From assembly GCA_040954595.2 (NCBI GenBank), contig CM082579.2, positions 10,095,625 through 10,159,624 of the forward strand: 64,000 nucleotides of DNA, written 5' to 3'. Positions 12,536 to 25,900 of this stretch are shown piece after piece. Under the pieces are notes generated by a model. It searched no databases. It worked only from the letters and a program-made list of their open reading frames with translations, and was not told the origin of the DNA. Source of the DNA: Balanoglossus misakiensis (Eukaryota > Animalia > Hemichordata). Made by a program: the position numbers and the translations under genes. Position 1 is the stretch's first letter. The number at the start of each line of letters is the position of its first letter.

Positions 12536-13753
12536 CGGCGGCCACTTTCCTGCAAATTTACAATTCAAATACACCTTGTTCAGACAATTGCGAACAATAG
12601 ATTTGCGTAAGAATTAATTGTTCGCATTTGCAACAAGCGAAGAAGAATGCGAGGCCTGTGGGCTCAGGTTCTGTACATGTCTGATTTCTTTGTATCCACT
12701 GAGTATACGCGTTTGTTGTTTCACATTTTTTTTCCGCACGCGGTATTTGGACAACGGCGTTGAAAAACAGAAAGGGCGTCGCTTTGAATTCAATGGGGCT
12801 ATATTTAAATGAGACCAATGACACGGCCATGTGCAATCCGCTCGCAGAAGAAGACACTTCAGAGAAAATAAACCTGAAATTGTTGTCAAAGTTGACTTTC
12901 ATTTGCACCACAGACAAAAGTAAATAATGTGTGGTACGATGTTGTCTCCCCTCTTCAATTTCTTTATTTTCAAGACACATTCTGTTGAGTGTATGTCAAG
13001 TCAATCGAAGAAAAATCAGATGCTCGATCATTACCTTTGCTGATTCTTGGCTGTTCTGTTCTACGATGCACGCTAAATCTGAGAACAAAATAACCAATGA
13101 TCAGCAAGGGTAAATCAATTCTACGTCGGATTTTGTATTGACTATTGGCAGCGGGTCGCATCACAGGTACTCGAGTATCTATGGTCGCATACGACGTTTG
13201 ACCACCGGTTTTCATGACAATCGCCTTTCAGCTGAAAATCCTAACTCCGTCGATGATAACCTTGGAGATCGGCAGCAAAACCATACTTGGAAGTAAAACT
13301 GATACTGATGATCAGAAGAAAATATACACATTGAAACTTTAGTGAAGTGACAAAGTTGACAATCTGTTGGATTCAACGTGTACTCGGATGATTGACGTCA
13401 TGTCTCTCGTCCAAGGGTCTTTTAAAAACTAGTCTAACATTCTGGCATTCTTGAATCCAGCACTGGGTATGGCACGTTTTTTAACCGAGGCTGGGGTCTA
13501 CTATTGGAGTTGGTACATGTGGTTCACCAATCAAACATTGTCGTTGAGGGCGATGTTTCACTCAAAAGAATCACGAATGAGGTCCCGTTTTACAGTATAT
13601 CATCTTGCTTTGGGGATGTGAACGAGGGACTGCAGTAGATAGACAAAACAAAAAAATACTGAAAACATAGAAAAAAGTTACACACAAATACACACAGAAC
13701 AAAGAAAAAGGAACAGAAGATCAAAACAGGATCATTTTCTTCCGAATATCTGC

Positions 13754-13759
13754 TTTATT
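13754..13759 (-). terminator. Putative polyadenylation signal of the ARAP gene, implying a ~3.2 kb 3'UTR
   Basis: AATAAA on the minus strand, followed by T/GT-rich downstream sequence (13640-13730). It sits at the edge of the AT-rich, CpG-poor block that starts after the stop at 16972. Confidence 0.45.
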
Positions 13760-15754
13760 TTAACTAGAAACATATCTTCGTAGGACTTCTGTTAATGAAT
13801 ATAGATCATCTGAATACATGGCAAGAAATATAAGCTATGGAGGTCAGTAAATTACACTAATGATTAGAACATGAGTTAAATTTGAATCATAATTAGCTAT
13901 GTCTGCTTAAAATAAAAGACTGCTTTTTATACAACAGCTGTGCATAAATTTACATATCATTTAAATGTGATCCTTTTCTTCAGCTGAATAATACAGAAAA
14001 TATAAATTGTAACATTTCTTATTTTTAAAATAGTTAACATCAATAAGTGTTCATTTTCTGTTGACGATGCAAGGTAAATGTATTAATCCTATGAGCAGAT
14101 ATACAAATGCATTGTGGGATTTTTGCAAAATTAAACACACTCATGAGTCACGTATAAAAATGCAAATCTTTGATGACATCAGCTTCTACACCAATAGATA
14201 TTTAAGCAAAGTAATGATGATTTTTTTCACGGCCACGACTGTTTTGAAATCAATAAATTTAACGGCAGTTCTTTTATTTATCACTTTTAGCAGTTTTACC
14301 AGCTCTGAACGATCACTGCACTACGAAGAGCACCAAACAAATGCACTCGGATGCATAGTCTGGTACAGACTGCAAATCAAAATACACCAAAGCTCATCTA
14401 TTTTTAAGTGTGATCCCTTTTTTCAGAGTAGTCTTAATTTTGAATAATTAATCTGCAATGACTAGAAGATGGCAAAATCAATCAATTGAAATAAATGTTC
14501 CAGTCCTTCGAACATGTATAAAGAAACAAAACTGAAAGACACAAACTTGACTGAAAAAAATCGTTGCTGGTTAGATCTGGTGAAAAAAACATGAATCATG
14601 TACTCTCAGCAGACAACGTAAGAGAACAGGAATTATTTATAGTAATTTCTGACAGTTAATGGAAATGGTTTATTACATCTCTCTTTGCAGACATAAGACA
14701 TTGTATCTGCCCATCAGTTTCCACTCAAGCATGATTTGCATTGCATTTTCTTAACATCCACTGCACTGTATGTAATACAATTCAACAAATAATCCTACTG
14801 GGATAAATCTAATGTTATATGTGTTGGACTTCATTTTAGGTCCAACAACTCTGCAGCCACAGCCAGTTTAACAGACATCTGTCATTGTTTTTGTTTTGGA
14901 AGCTGGAAGTGTCACTTAAAAATCAACGGCTGCCATCAGCAAATTAGCAATATGTGAAAACTACAGATGTTAAAAGTGTTGCAAATTTATGGCACTTCTA
15001 TTAATGGTACTAATCTAAAAGTCTGCATGGCTACCTGTCTGTGTCAATCCGCATGTTCGATACACATGACAAACCTAAATATCATTAGGCCACACTAAAA
15101 TAAAAAGCTAAAATGGTATGACTGTGACAAAAAATTGCATAATTTCTGAATGATTTTTATAAGCAATTCTGATCACATTATCGAAGGCAGTGAGTACTAG
15201 ATAAAGTGACACATCCATTTTTAAACATAATTCACAAAATAACAATGAAACAAAGCTTTGGCCTGTAAAATGTTATCTTCTTTTTTGTAGCAATTCTGAG
15301 ATGATTTTGTTTAAATGCAAATTGCAGAATAAAATTTTTAGTCACGCTGGTAAGATATTAGCAATATGCATCTATGTATATTTTAAAATGTTTAGCACCA
15401 ATTACATATAATTAACGGACAAACAAAAATATTACATGTACAACTTCTGTGGAAACCATTGTATAAATTCTGGATTCATTGATTGGTTGGTTTGGCACCA
15501 CAGGTTTTAGACCCTCACTGCCATTAAACTAAAATAGTCAAACCTTGGTAGAAACAACTATACTTTGTCACTCTAAGTCATGTATGACCCACAATGTTCT
15601 TGCACGAGTTACACTATCGCAACTTCTCTTTTCAAACAGTTGTTGTGGCCAGGAGTAAATATAATCCAATCACATGACTGTCAGTAGAGCAGGCATCATA
15701 CAGTTACTATTATGTACTTCTACAAACTTGGTTACAAAACCATCAATGCTATGG

Positions 15755-15948
15755 TTAAAGGTATACGGTCACCTATGGAAAAATAGCTATAGTTACCATG
15801 GCAAATTGAGATCTAGCCAATCACAGATTTTCAGTGGGTGGCACACGCGAAAAAAAAGAGCACCACCATATGTTCTTTACAACGCTCAAATATGCCATTT
15901 CAGCCATATATGGGCGTATGTAAATTGGAGGTGACTGTATACCTTTAA
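15755..15948. mobile_element. MITE with TTAA TSD and AGG...CCT termini (Kolobok-like), copy 1, in the putative ARAP 3'UTR
   Basis: TIRs ttaaaggtatacggtcacct / aggtgactgtatacctttaa. Two further copies are in the window. Confidence 0.8.
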
Positions 15949-16525
15949 TTTTGTTACAGCAAATGTCAACAAACTGTGTATTCTCACATTGGAATGCAGT
16001 GCAGTAAAATTGACAGATGTCAAAAAAATCCTATTCCAATTTCACTCATCTTAACAGTGTTACAAATTTCAACAAAGTTAAAATGGAAACCTATCTCTTG
16101 CAATGTTTCATTTCTTTCATTCGATATTGCTTTTAAAAAAAATCTGCATCAGAAGTATTAAAATGACCTGATTATCTCAGAGTTACTGTAAATACATAAA
16201 CAATACTTCTGTTTGACACAGACGTCAAGTAAAAAAACACCATTAATATACCCTTGTCAACAGATTGGCTATAAAAATATAAAAGGGCTGATCGGAATGC
16301 TATCAGGAAACGTTGCCATATGAAAATTTATCTCAGTATAATGAAGTCAAGAATATCATCAAAACTGGATGTTCTTCAAGAGCGTTCATACAATACAAGG
16401 AAAAGTCCGTCTATATACTTTGGCAAAGCCGTAAATACGCGAACAATGGACAATCTTTTTAATTCTGGGAATGTATATAGTCACTCACACTGGTTAACAT
16501 TCACAAACAGATCAGATCACATCTG

Positions 16526-16640
16526 ACCATATTTGGTCATAAACCCAGCCAGTATTACCATATTAGGTCATAAAACCAGCTAGTATTACCATATTTGGTC
16601 ATAAACCCAGCCAGTATTACCATATTAGGTCATAAAACCA
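16526..16640. repeat. 31-bp tandem repeat (~3.7 units) with alternating A/B variants
   Basis: accatatttggtcataaacccagccagtatt alternates with accatattaggtcataaaaccagctagtatt. Confidence 0.9.
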
Positions 16641-16971
16641 CCCTACATCTGAGAATGAGTTTACAAACACACCTGCCTCTGGCAGATTATTTGCAGACGA
16701 CCAAGTCAAAGACAACCATATAGAAAAATTGGACACTTTTTTCAAGCCATAATGTCCATTGGCAGATAATGTTACTTGTTTAAAATATGCATACGCTAAA
16801 AAAATGTATTACTCTTTCATGGAAGTACTGCTTGTTTCTTACATACAAAATATATACACTTTCCTTATTGGAACAGATTTGTTTACAATGTGACTGTCGT
16901 AATTATTCAATAACTTTATTAAAGCACATCCTCATCGTTAATACTGCCAGCAGTTTGTCACTTTTGCACTA

Positions 16972-19900
16972 TCAGTGTTTCTTCTTGCGCACTGAGTATT
17001 TTCTTGCTTTGCTGTGAAGCTCTGCAGCAAACGCCTCAAACCGATTCTTCCCCAGGGTGTCTCTGAGCGGCTGTGGGGACAAAATTGACACATCACTAAT
17101 TAAAAATCACTCGCGCCACACTCGGAGAAAGATGTGTGTACAGTCTACTCACATGAAATAACCCCCGGTATCTGTACTATGAATAAACAGCTTGGTGCAA
17201 TGCACTATTTCCTACACATTCTCTGCTTTTTTTTTAAATACAATTTTCTGGTCAGGTCAGCGTGTTTTAATTAATTGGTGTATCAGCTCATATACAGCAG
17301 CTGATATTGATACATGCGTGAAAAGACAAAAGGTAAGGTAAAGGCTGACACAGTACAGACAAGTCTACAATGACTCACGATTTGAGGACACCATATGGGG
17401 ATAGGATATACAACACTGCATTGGGATAAACATGAAGATCAACATACATGTGTGTGTGAGAGAAATACAAAATGTGGCGTGTGAATTTCACAGGGCGTGC
17501 TGATATATCCATGAAGATATATCAATGAATTTGATGTTCATGACATACATGAAAGGACATAGTCTTGACATGAATGTGAAATTGGACAAACTATGTGAGG
17601 ATAATGTGAGAAGGAAAAAAAAACAATATGTGCAATATACACACATGATTTGAGAATACACATATACATGTAGATGCATGATAAACATGTTCTCTGGTGG
17701 AATACAAGAATGGCTTACATGAACAGACATTATGGGAGGTTATGTATGTGAAAAGACTCAGACAGCTGCCACTTTAAGCATAGTTTTATTGATAATATAC
17801 ATCAATCTTTTCCTTATCCAATCCATTTTGAATTTGTGGAAGATTCCATAAAGTCAAACCATGAAAATAATGCACAAAGTGGCAGCTATTGGGGCTTCAA
17901 ACTACAGTACAGATTAATACACAGGCCATACAAGGGAGGTGACACACAAATAAACATGATACACAAGACAATCTTATACTCAAGATACAGAAAGACGGAA
18001 CATACATACAGGTATATGAATTGTGAAAATCAATGACAGAAAGGTTATCCACCTTTCACATGAACAAAACACAAAATGTTGGTTTAACGAAAATGCACAC
18101 AATGCAATGTACTCTAAGGCAGTGTACTCACAGATTTTAGTTTAGGGGTTCCGTCAGGGCTGAGAAACGGCACATTCAGCTGTAAGTGAAATGCATACAC
18201 ATGTTTTCATGCTGGGAATTATTTGGCATCTACTTCTACAAACTACGCACACAATATTAGTGAAAAACAAACCATTACACTCTGGTGAGAGACTACAAAA
18301 TAAATACCAATGTGATGAGACACCATATTCTACGGAACTTTCTAAAAGTTTCACTAGATTGTTTTGACATCACCGAGAATAGCTATCCCTGTTATCCACT
18401 TGACAGTCGGTACTTGCCATGACCGCTGTATGACCCTAAATCCTGAATTTTTCATTGGTATATATGTGGGTAATATAATAGTCAATTTGTCTTTCTATGT
18501 TAGCGGGAAATTGCACATTTCTGTTGCTGGCACTGAAGTCTGATATCACACTTATTTGACCCACTCATCGAAAACACCAGGTTGTAAGGTCATGCAGAGG
18601 TCAAGCGAATGACCATTCCTTCGTGTATCATCACATATGTTTACTTTCCCGAAATCGCCATGACTGCAGCAAGCGCAGCAGAATGGAAAATGAACTGCAC
18701 AGCCATTAACATGCGAAAAAAAACCATGGACATTTAGTGCAAAGCTTAACATTATCCTGTTAGGTTGGGTGTGGTCCGTTATATTGGGTTAGTATGTAAT
18801 TACCATAGTTCTATTTAATGTGTGGTTGTTTTATTTTTCAAACTTATCACTTGGGTCGGCCAAATACTTGCAGTAGCTGCTGTGCACTCTTACTCTTCCC
18901 AAGGACACCTAAAAGTGGAATCTTTCGCTACGGAGATCAAATCAAGAGTTGCATATATATAAGAACAGATCAACACGCACACACACACACACAGTTCGCA
19001 GGACGGCAAGAGGGCAAGGAAGAAAAAGAGCGACCCGCAAACCCTTGCATCCCCACTGTCCTATAGAATGGACTAGCCCAACCGCAGACAGAGAACAAGA
19101 ACAAAAAAAATGGTGTATAATGCATAGGGGTTGAAGGTAAATGTCATGAGATTCTTTGTAGGAATAAAGTTCAGTGTCATTTACTTTTTGGTGAAAAAAC
19201 CAGGCACATATCTGAAATATCTATCATATTCACAAAAGCAAGCAAGCAATAAACTGAGCACGCTTAGATACAGAAAGACTTCATTTTCTTCTGTTCGGAA
19301 GCATGGTTGTTCTGAAACAGTTATTTCTGCTTTGCTTACAATGATTTTTTTTACATACATGTACATAGTATCAGCCAAACAGGAAACTGTCATGGGACAT
19401 GGAGAGGACTTTTCAAGTATTTTGAAAGGGTACGCTGCACAAAATAGCTGAAATGCGCATTTTTTGGGAATGTCAGAGAAAATAGCCATGTAATCATGAT
19501 TGATGATATGCAGGCCCCATGAAATAATTGCAAGAAAAATCTACTGTAACCGAACTACTAAAGGATGATTTTGAATTATAGGATTTTATGCAAGATGTGC
19601 CAAGGGAAATTGGAAATAACGCTACTCACTACCAGACTACCCTACAACACAACATTATCAACCTTCACACCCCTATTTTAGCCATCTTTTGGAACATTCT
19701 TACTGTTCTCTGGGGAGGGCTTGGCCACTTTATGGGACTAAGGGGGAAAGGGTTTAGTTACAAAAAGAATACATCAGGATGTGCCTTACAAAGAATACAA
19801 AATGTACTGGCATTTATCATCGAAAATAAAATAAAAATTGGTTGTAAAGAATGTTACATTATAAAAAACAAATCCAGCAAAATATCATTCCTTAATGGCA

Positions 19901-22900
19901 AAACATTCTGAATTGTGCATTACAGAATTCCATTCATTCCACTCAGAGTCTATCAAACTTATAATGATACCTATTTTCAAAAATACTTAAAACTCTAGCA
20001 TACTATTAAAGTGTATCATACAAGATCCCAGAAATGGAATACTGCTTCACAGAGTAATAGAACTTTGAAACACATCGTTGAAACAACTCGTCTTATTTTT
20101 CCCATGACTTGGAAGTTAGACTTCAGATATTCTTGGATTATTTTGGCTTGTCTGAGTTATGGTTCCGGACAGGAACAATTGATGCACTTATCATATAAGT
20201 AATAAAATCAGTTGCTAAATATAAATGTACCATGACAAAATAATGATGCTTGTCTATGTTATCCTTTTTGATTGGAACAAAGACAAGACAAGACAAGACA
20301 GAAAGCAAGACAAGTTAGACTAGACCACACAACACAATATGTGTATCTATATCACCCCATCCTTCCTCCCGATCGAACACTGAGGAATGTTCCAAAGTCA
20401 GGCGATATAGGGGTGAGAGGCTCAACTGTAACTTACACTGTAGATGGGTTAAAATTCCTGGGAGGGCATTTTGAAAGAGACAGGATAGAAGTCAGTCTTA
20501 GTTCACAATAATCAGGGAATGTAAAGTATTAAGAGAATTGTAGCTTGATTATCTGTCATTAGGCAGGTAGCTGCTTTGTATGTGATTTCTCTATAGCAAT
20601 TTTGTGAGCACATTATCGATTTTTGTGTGCACATCACCACTTTTTGTGCGCACATCATCACTTTTGTGTGCACATCATCACTTTTTGTGTGCAATGCATG
20701 TGTAGGTAGTTTTACATTCACATTTGGTGTTTCCAAGTATACATCCCAAGTTTTTATGAACATTTTGCTTTGTTGTTTATGTGAAATGTTGCATTGAAAT
20801 GTGTAAACACCAAAGCGTAGGCATTTTATGAAGTGCACATTAGGCCAAGTATAAAATTGTGTGTTTCTTGTAATTTGACCAACTCTGGTTCAATGACCCC
20901 AAATACCTTTTCTCCACTTGAAAGGACATTCTGGGAGAGCGGGTTGAAATCAAACACTGACAGACAACAAGTGGCCAACTCTGTATACAGAAACAATTGT
21001 CACATTTTACCATGGACTGTAGTACTTACTTGAAGGGTTGGGTTGGTTCCTGGCTGATACTGGGCTACAGAACTTTCTGCCCCTTGTGACAATTCTCTCG
21101 CTGAAAATCCGTCAGGGTACTGAAATTGAATATGTTGAACACCAGTCTCAGTTGAAAAAAAACGCAGTCATGTATAAATTGTTGCAAGAAAAAAGCATTC
21201 AAAGAGTTTCTTTTTCACTGCGTTGATCGAAAATATCGATGGTCAGTACACTCCTTGTGAGTAGCTCAATCTGTTTGCATTGTAGCATCAATGTGATCTC
21301 ACCTTTGCCTTCAACAATGATCCAACCCAGTGACTCAGATCATAATCACTTTCCACACAGACAATCCTGGTGAAATCAAAGAAGTACAAATTAATAACTA
21401 CAGATATGTAGAAACAAGCAATCCACAAGATTAAAACGTTATTCAGATAGTGGTAATGAGGAATACATGGCTACAGATTTGACATGTGTGCCCTCATGTA
21501 GTGGATAATTTTCTTGAGTCACCAGTGAGTTTGTTGAGTCAGTGGCACGCCACATGGACTGAGGGCAAACTGCTATGCGATCACATCTTAAAAAAATATT
21601 ACTCTTTGACTAAATAATTTTTACAAAATGTGTCTTTTTACAAAAATCCTTCTAGCGGAAATAACATTGGGAGAAATGAGACAGTCTCACATAATGATTT
21701 CAAGCAATAAGCTGTATCCTGAATGACAAATCTCCTGACAAACTTACCTTGTTTTGTTATCATCTAATTTACATGTAAATGCATACCTGCAAACAGAAAA
21801 TGATGCCTTGTAAACTTTTTACAGATATTACCGATAACCTTAAGACAGTTAAACTATTAAGGGAGTTTCCATGTTCACAATGTGTGTCATAAATGTTCTT
21901 ATTAAAAGCAAACTAACTGAATCTTACTTGGTTGGCGGTGATTTCCTTTGGTCACCACCCGCATATATTTTCACATTGTCTAAGCACCACTCTCCCTCCG
22001 GCTTCCCCAGACCCTACAAAGTAACAATTACAGAACAGATTGAGAAATCATCCTCAGGAGACATATCTATCAACTGACACATTTATGGATATTTCATTTA
22101 CTGATGACATCACAATTCCTATTTCAGCCACAAACCGACTGATTATGTTGCACACGATGCTTGTGTCCAATTTGCTAGTCAATCAATTCTGGGCTATATG
22201 GTCATATTCTGAACTTAAACTGCAATTTGCGGAGTACATGTAGAGCACATTTGACATTCATAAAAAGCATGTTTCTTAGCTTTCCAGAAAAATATCATTG
22301 TCTCTGATATTACTCTGCTTATTTTTGTGTCAGAGTGTCACGGCAAATTCATTTCAACCAATTTAGTCAGTCTATTAACCAATACACATCGAACTCTGCA
22401 TTACCCTCATATCCTTGAAACATCGCAGGGTCTTGCCTTGTAACTCTAAATGCATCTTTTTAAAAGCTTTCTTGTCCGAGTTGATTTTTACAGTTCCAAA
22501 TGGAGAAATATCACCTGCTGCCTGCCACTGAAAAAAGGAAAGATTTATGCATATCAGTATTTCCACTTTATCAAACTAAGAATCCCACTCAAAAGGTGTC
22601 AACAAATAACCAACAAAACAAATTAACAATCAACATATAATTGTGTATAAAATTAATGCAAACTTTTCTTTAATGGTCAAAGTAAAATTGACAAAGTTAA
22701 AAACTGCTAATGACAGATTTTCACATTCTGATGGAGCTGTCACCACCAGAACTGTGTCTTCATCAAGTTCATGACAGTCCTGTATAAATGCAATGTTCAA
22801 TATTTGATAAATGTCATATTTTTTAATGACATTCACAGACAGATGGCACAGTCTTTGAGATTGGCTCCCAACACTTCATGAAGCCAAAGTAACTAAAGAT

Positions 22901-25900
22901 GTATAATGTCCACTACCTTGGGTAGCAGGTAATTTTCTTTGATACACAGAGAATTCTCAGCTCCTTTGTTGTCTTGGCTCCAACTCGCCTGTACCTGTAG
23001 CACATTCTCACTCCCATGCATGGGTCTCTCTGTAACGTATCAGACAACAGCATAGTAGTAGAAAAGAGAATTAGTCTAGTCATATTTACAGCATCATTGA
23101 AAATGCAGCTTTCCATCAAAAGAGCCGCCAGCACAGAGACATTAACAACAGTGTGTATTGCACATAAAATTGCCATAACATAAATGGAATTATGAAAACA
23201 TAATGACTAGGATTATGTCGATCCGATATTCACTGCATTTTAATTCATTTATTTATTCGATCATCTAACAGGCAATTGCTCAAATAATATGGGTAAGAAA
23301 TTTTGTCAGCCATGCTCTGTTTGCAGGGGCTGTTCAGCTTATTTCACCATTACAGTTTATTAGACATCTTAAATGTTATACATTTCATATAAAGTACAAA
23401 AAATAACTTAATTCCCTACCCTATTATTAGTGTTAAAACATTTAATGTTGACCACATGACATAGCTTTTCAGCCTATCACTATCACTTTGCGAAGTCATG
23501 CAACAGGTGCATAAGGGTTGCAGCCTATGAAATTACACCTCATAAAATGTGTAGGTCACCCCAGAAATGAAGTTGACGACAGCTGCGACATTAACAGCAC
23601 TTACCAACATCTCCTTTGCAGAGGACTTCAAATAATGCGTAGTTCTTAGATGAATCCAGGTTATTGTTGGAAATGGCTTTGTGAAGGAACTGATCAGCTG
23701 TTGCATCAGGTGATACCTGAAAGGCCATGCATGAAAGAGTATGGATTGAATCTGATTGGTTCAGATGTGTCAGGCGCCGCTTGAAAGGAAATGCAAGGGA
23801 CAGTGTTGTCAAATTTGATGTTATTTCGTTATTCTTTTCCGTGCAACAACTATACTACACATTCTTGTTCTACTTGCTAACACTTGTATACATGCAAAAT
23901 ATTAGCAAGTCAACCAACTACATGTATGTATACATGTAAAGTAAAATGTTTCAGTTGACAAGACTAAAACTCAATAGCCAACAAAGCTAGTTATCTGTAC
24001 ATACATAGGCTGTGATGACAAGCTGAATAAGTGTTGTGAATACACAGAACTACAACAAATGTTAAAAATATTATCAACAGTTGCCATTACTGTCACATTA
24101 GGATTTTAGTACGCCTATATACAAATACAACCACCAGAAAAAAGTATATGTACTCACCCTGACATTTAGTTCTGTACCTTCAAACATGGCCCCGATCAGA
24201 AAGCCAGTAGTTTGCTTTTGATGCTGTTGACAAAAGAAACACAAAGGAGAAAACATCAATAAAATGTTTAAGTTACTATTTATTAATAAATGAAATATTT
24301 CCTAAAACATTTGCAAAATATTTGATTCTCAACTAATATAAGAGAAGTTGCTAAGTTAAACCCAGGGATGTTGGCTGGAGTGAAAGAGTCTTCGTACGAC
24401 GAAATGTTATTTTATTTCTGTAACAGAAAGACAACGTTATCTCACCCCTGTTAAAATTTCAAATTTCTTCCACCACTCAGCTATATTCTGTTCCACTTGT
24501 TTTTGATATGCTGCATCTTCTTCACTGATATCAAACAACCAATTGTAGTATGTAATGATATCTCCTATGACAGCAATCTCCGAATTCGCATCCCCAAAGC
24601 CACTTGCATTGGCAGTCTGAGACATAATATGACATGAAATGAAATTAAAACTATGGTCAATTAGCACCACTGGTGTGTACCAAACTCTCCAAGCTACACA
24701 TGTTAGGCAGGTCCCAAGTCTTTCATGGTTCATTAAAGGGCCACTATCTGTGACGCGATACTTCTGGCTATTTTGTCAATATTTTTGTTTTGTGTATCAA
24801 TCACATTTTCAAGTTCTCCTCCCTTTTGTATAGACAGGTTTGATTACACAATTTACACTAAATAATGTGAACTTACAGTGGCACTAGACATTAGCGTTGG
24901 TCCCCACACAGCTGCCAGATTTCCTATCACCATTTTATTCTCACTGCTGTTTTCAGATACTCTGAAAAAAAGTGTTCCAAAACGTATTGCGACTTTCTGT
25001 GTATTTTCAATGCACAACTCGGCAAGGTCTGTCATGTCAATCTACAGCTTGGTGTAAATCTTGATGTTTTCAATGAACATGCAAGTCCCACACACTACAA
25101 AATGGCAAAGGCAGAGCAAAAAATAACTCATAAAATACTCACTGGTGAACACATTAGATCAAGGTACGTGTAATTGAAAATAAGAAGTTAGACAAGGGTA
25201 AAGACTCTATCTACCTTATTAAATGTCCAATGAGTTTCTTCAAAGTTTCCCTGTTGATTGGAGGCAGTTGATCCAAATAGTACTTGTACCACCTTAGCTT
25301 ACCATTGTGATCATCATATCCTGAACATTAACAAAAAATCTACATATTGGTATATCTCCCAATCAAACATCACTTTGATTGCGTTATATCTATGCAATAA
25401 AATCTGACCAATCTCTAAAAGCTAAGAACGCAAATGCTGACCAAACTCTGTAAACTTGTCGGCGTGCAACGAGTTTATTTCCTCAAGTACTTTTTCATCT
25501 CAGGTCTCATCTAACCCATAGCCAATTTACGTGAAAATTCTCTTTGACACAATAAAATTTTTCCATTTAACATGTACAGTCCTGATAGACAGAAATCTGG
25601 CTAAACTGCTCCAGACTTTCTATAGATATTGTTCGACAGGGAGCAAGCTAAAGCCTTCCAATATCCCATTCATTTAAAAATCAACTGACCAGCTATTTCA
25701 ATCCACTTGGGATACAGCGCTTTGGTCAACAATGGATCCGGCAAATTCCTGAAAAATCTCTTCAATGCATTGGCTACTTCATGGACTGGGTACTCATCCA
25801 AGTTCACTGCTCTGGCATTTGTGCTGAAGTCCTCCAGTAACTTTTTCACTTTGGAGTCTACTCCAGCCCGTCTGTAAATGCCTTCTTCACTGATGCCTGC

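Noticed and set aside
12558-13330. Short ORFs and splice-like signals between the esterase promoter and the ARAP 3' end
   Set aside because: No consistent exon chain or recognisable protein similarity.
16526-16640. 31-bp repeats resembling a CRISPR array
   Set aside because: Units are contiguous with no unique spacers, the context is eukaryotic, and there are no cas genes.
22715-22779. Possible extra ARAP exon DCHELDEDTVLVVTAPSE
   Set aside because: The acceptor is plausible but there is no convincing in-phase donor, and the flanking exons join without it.
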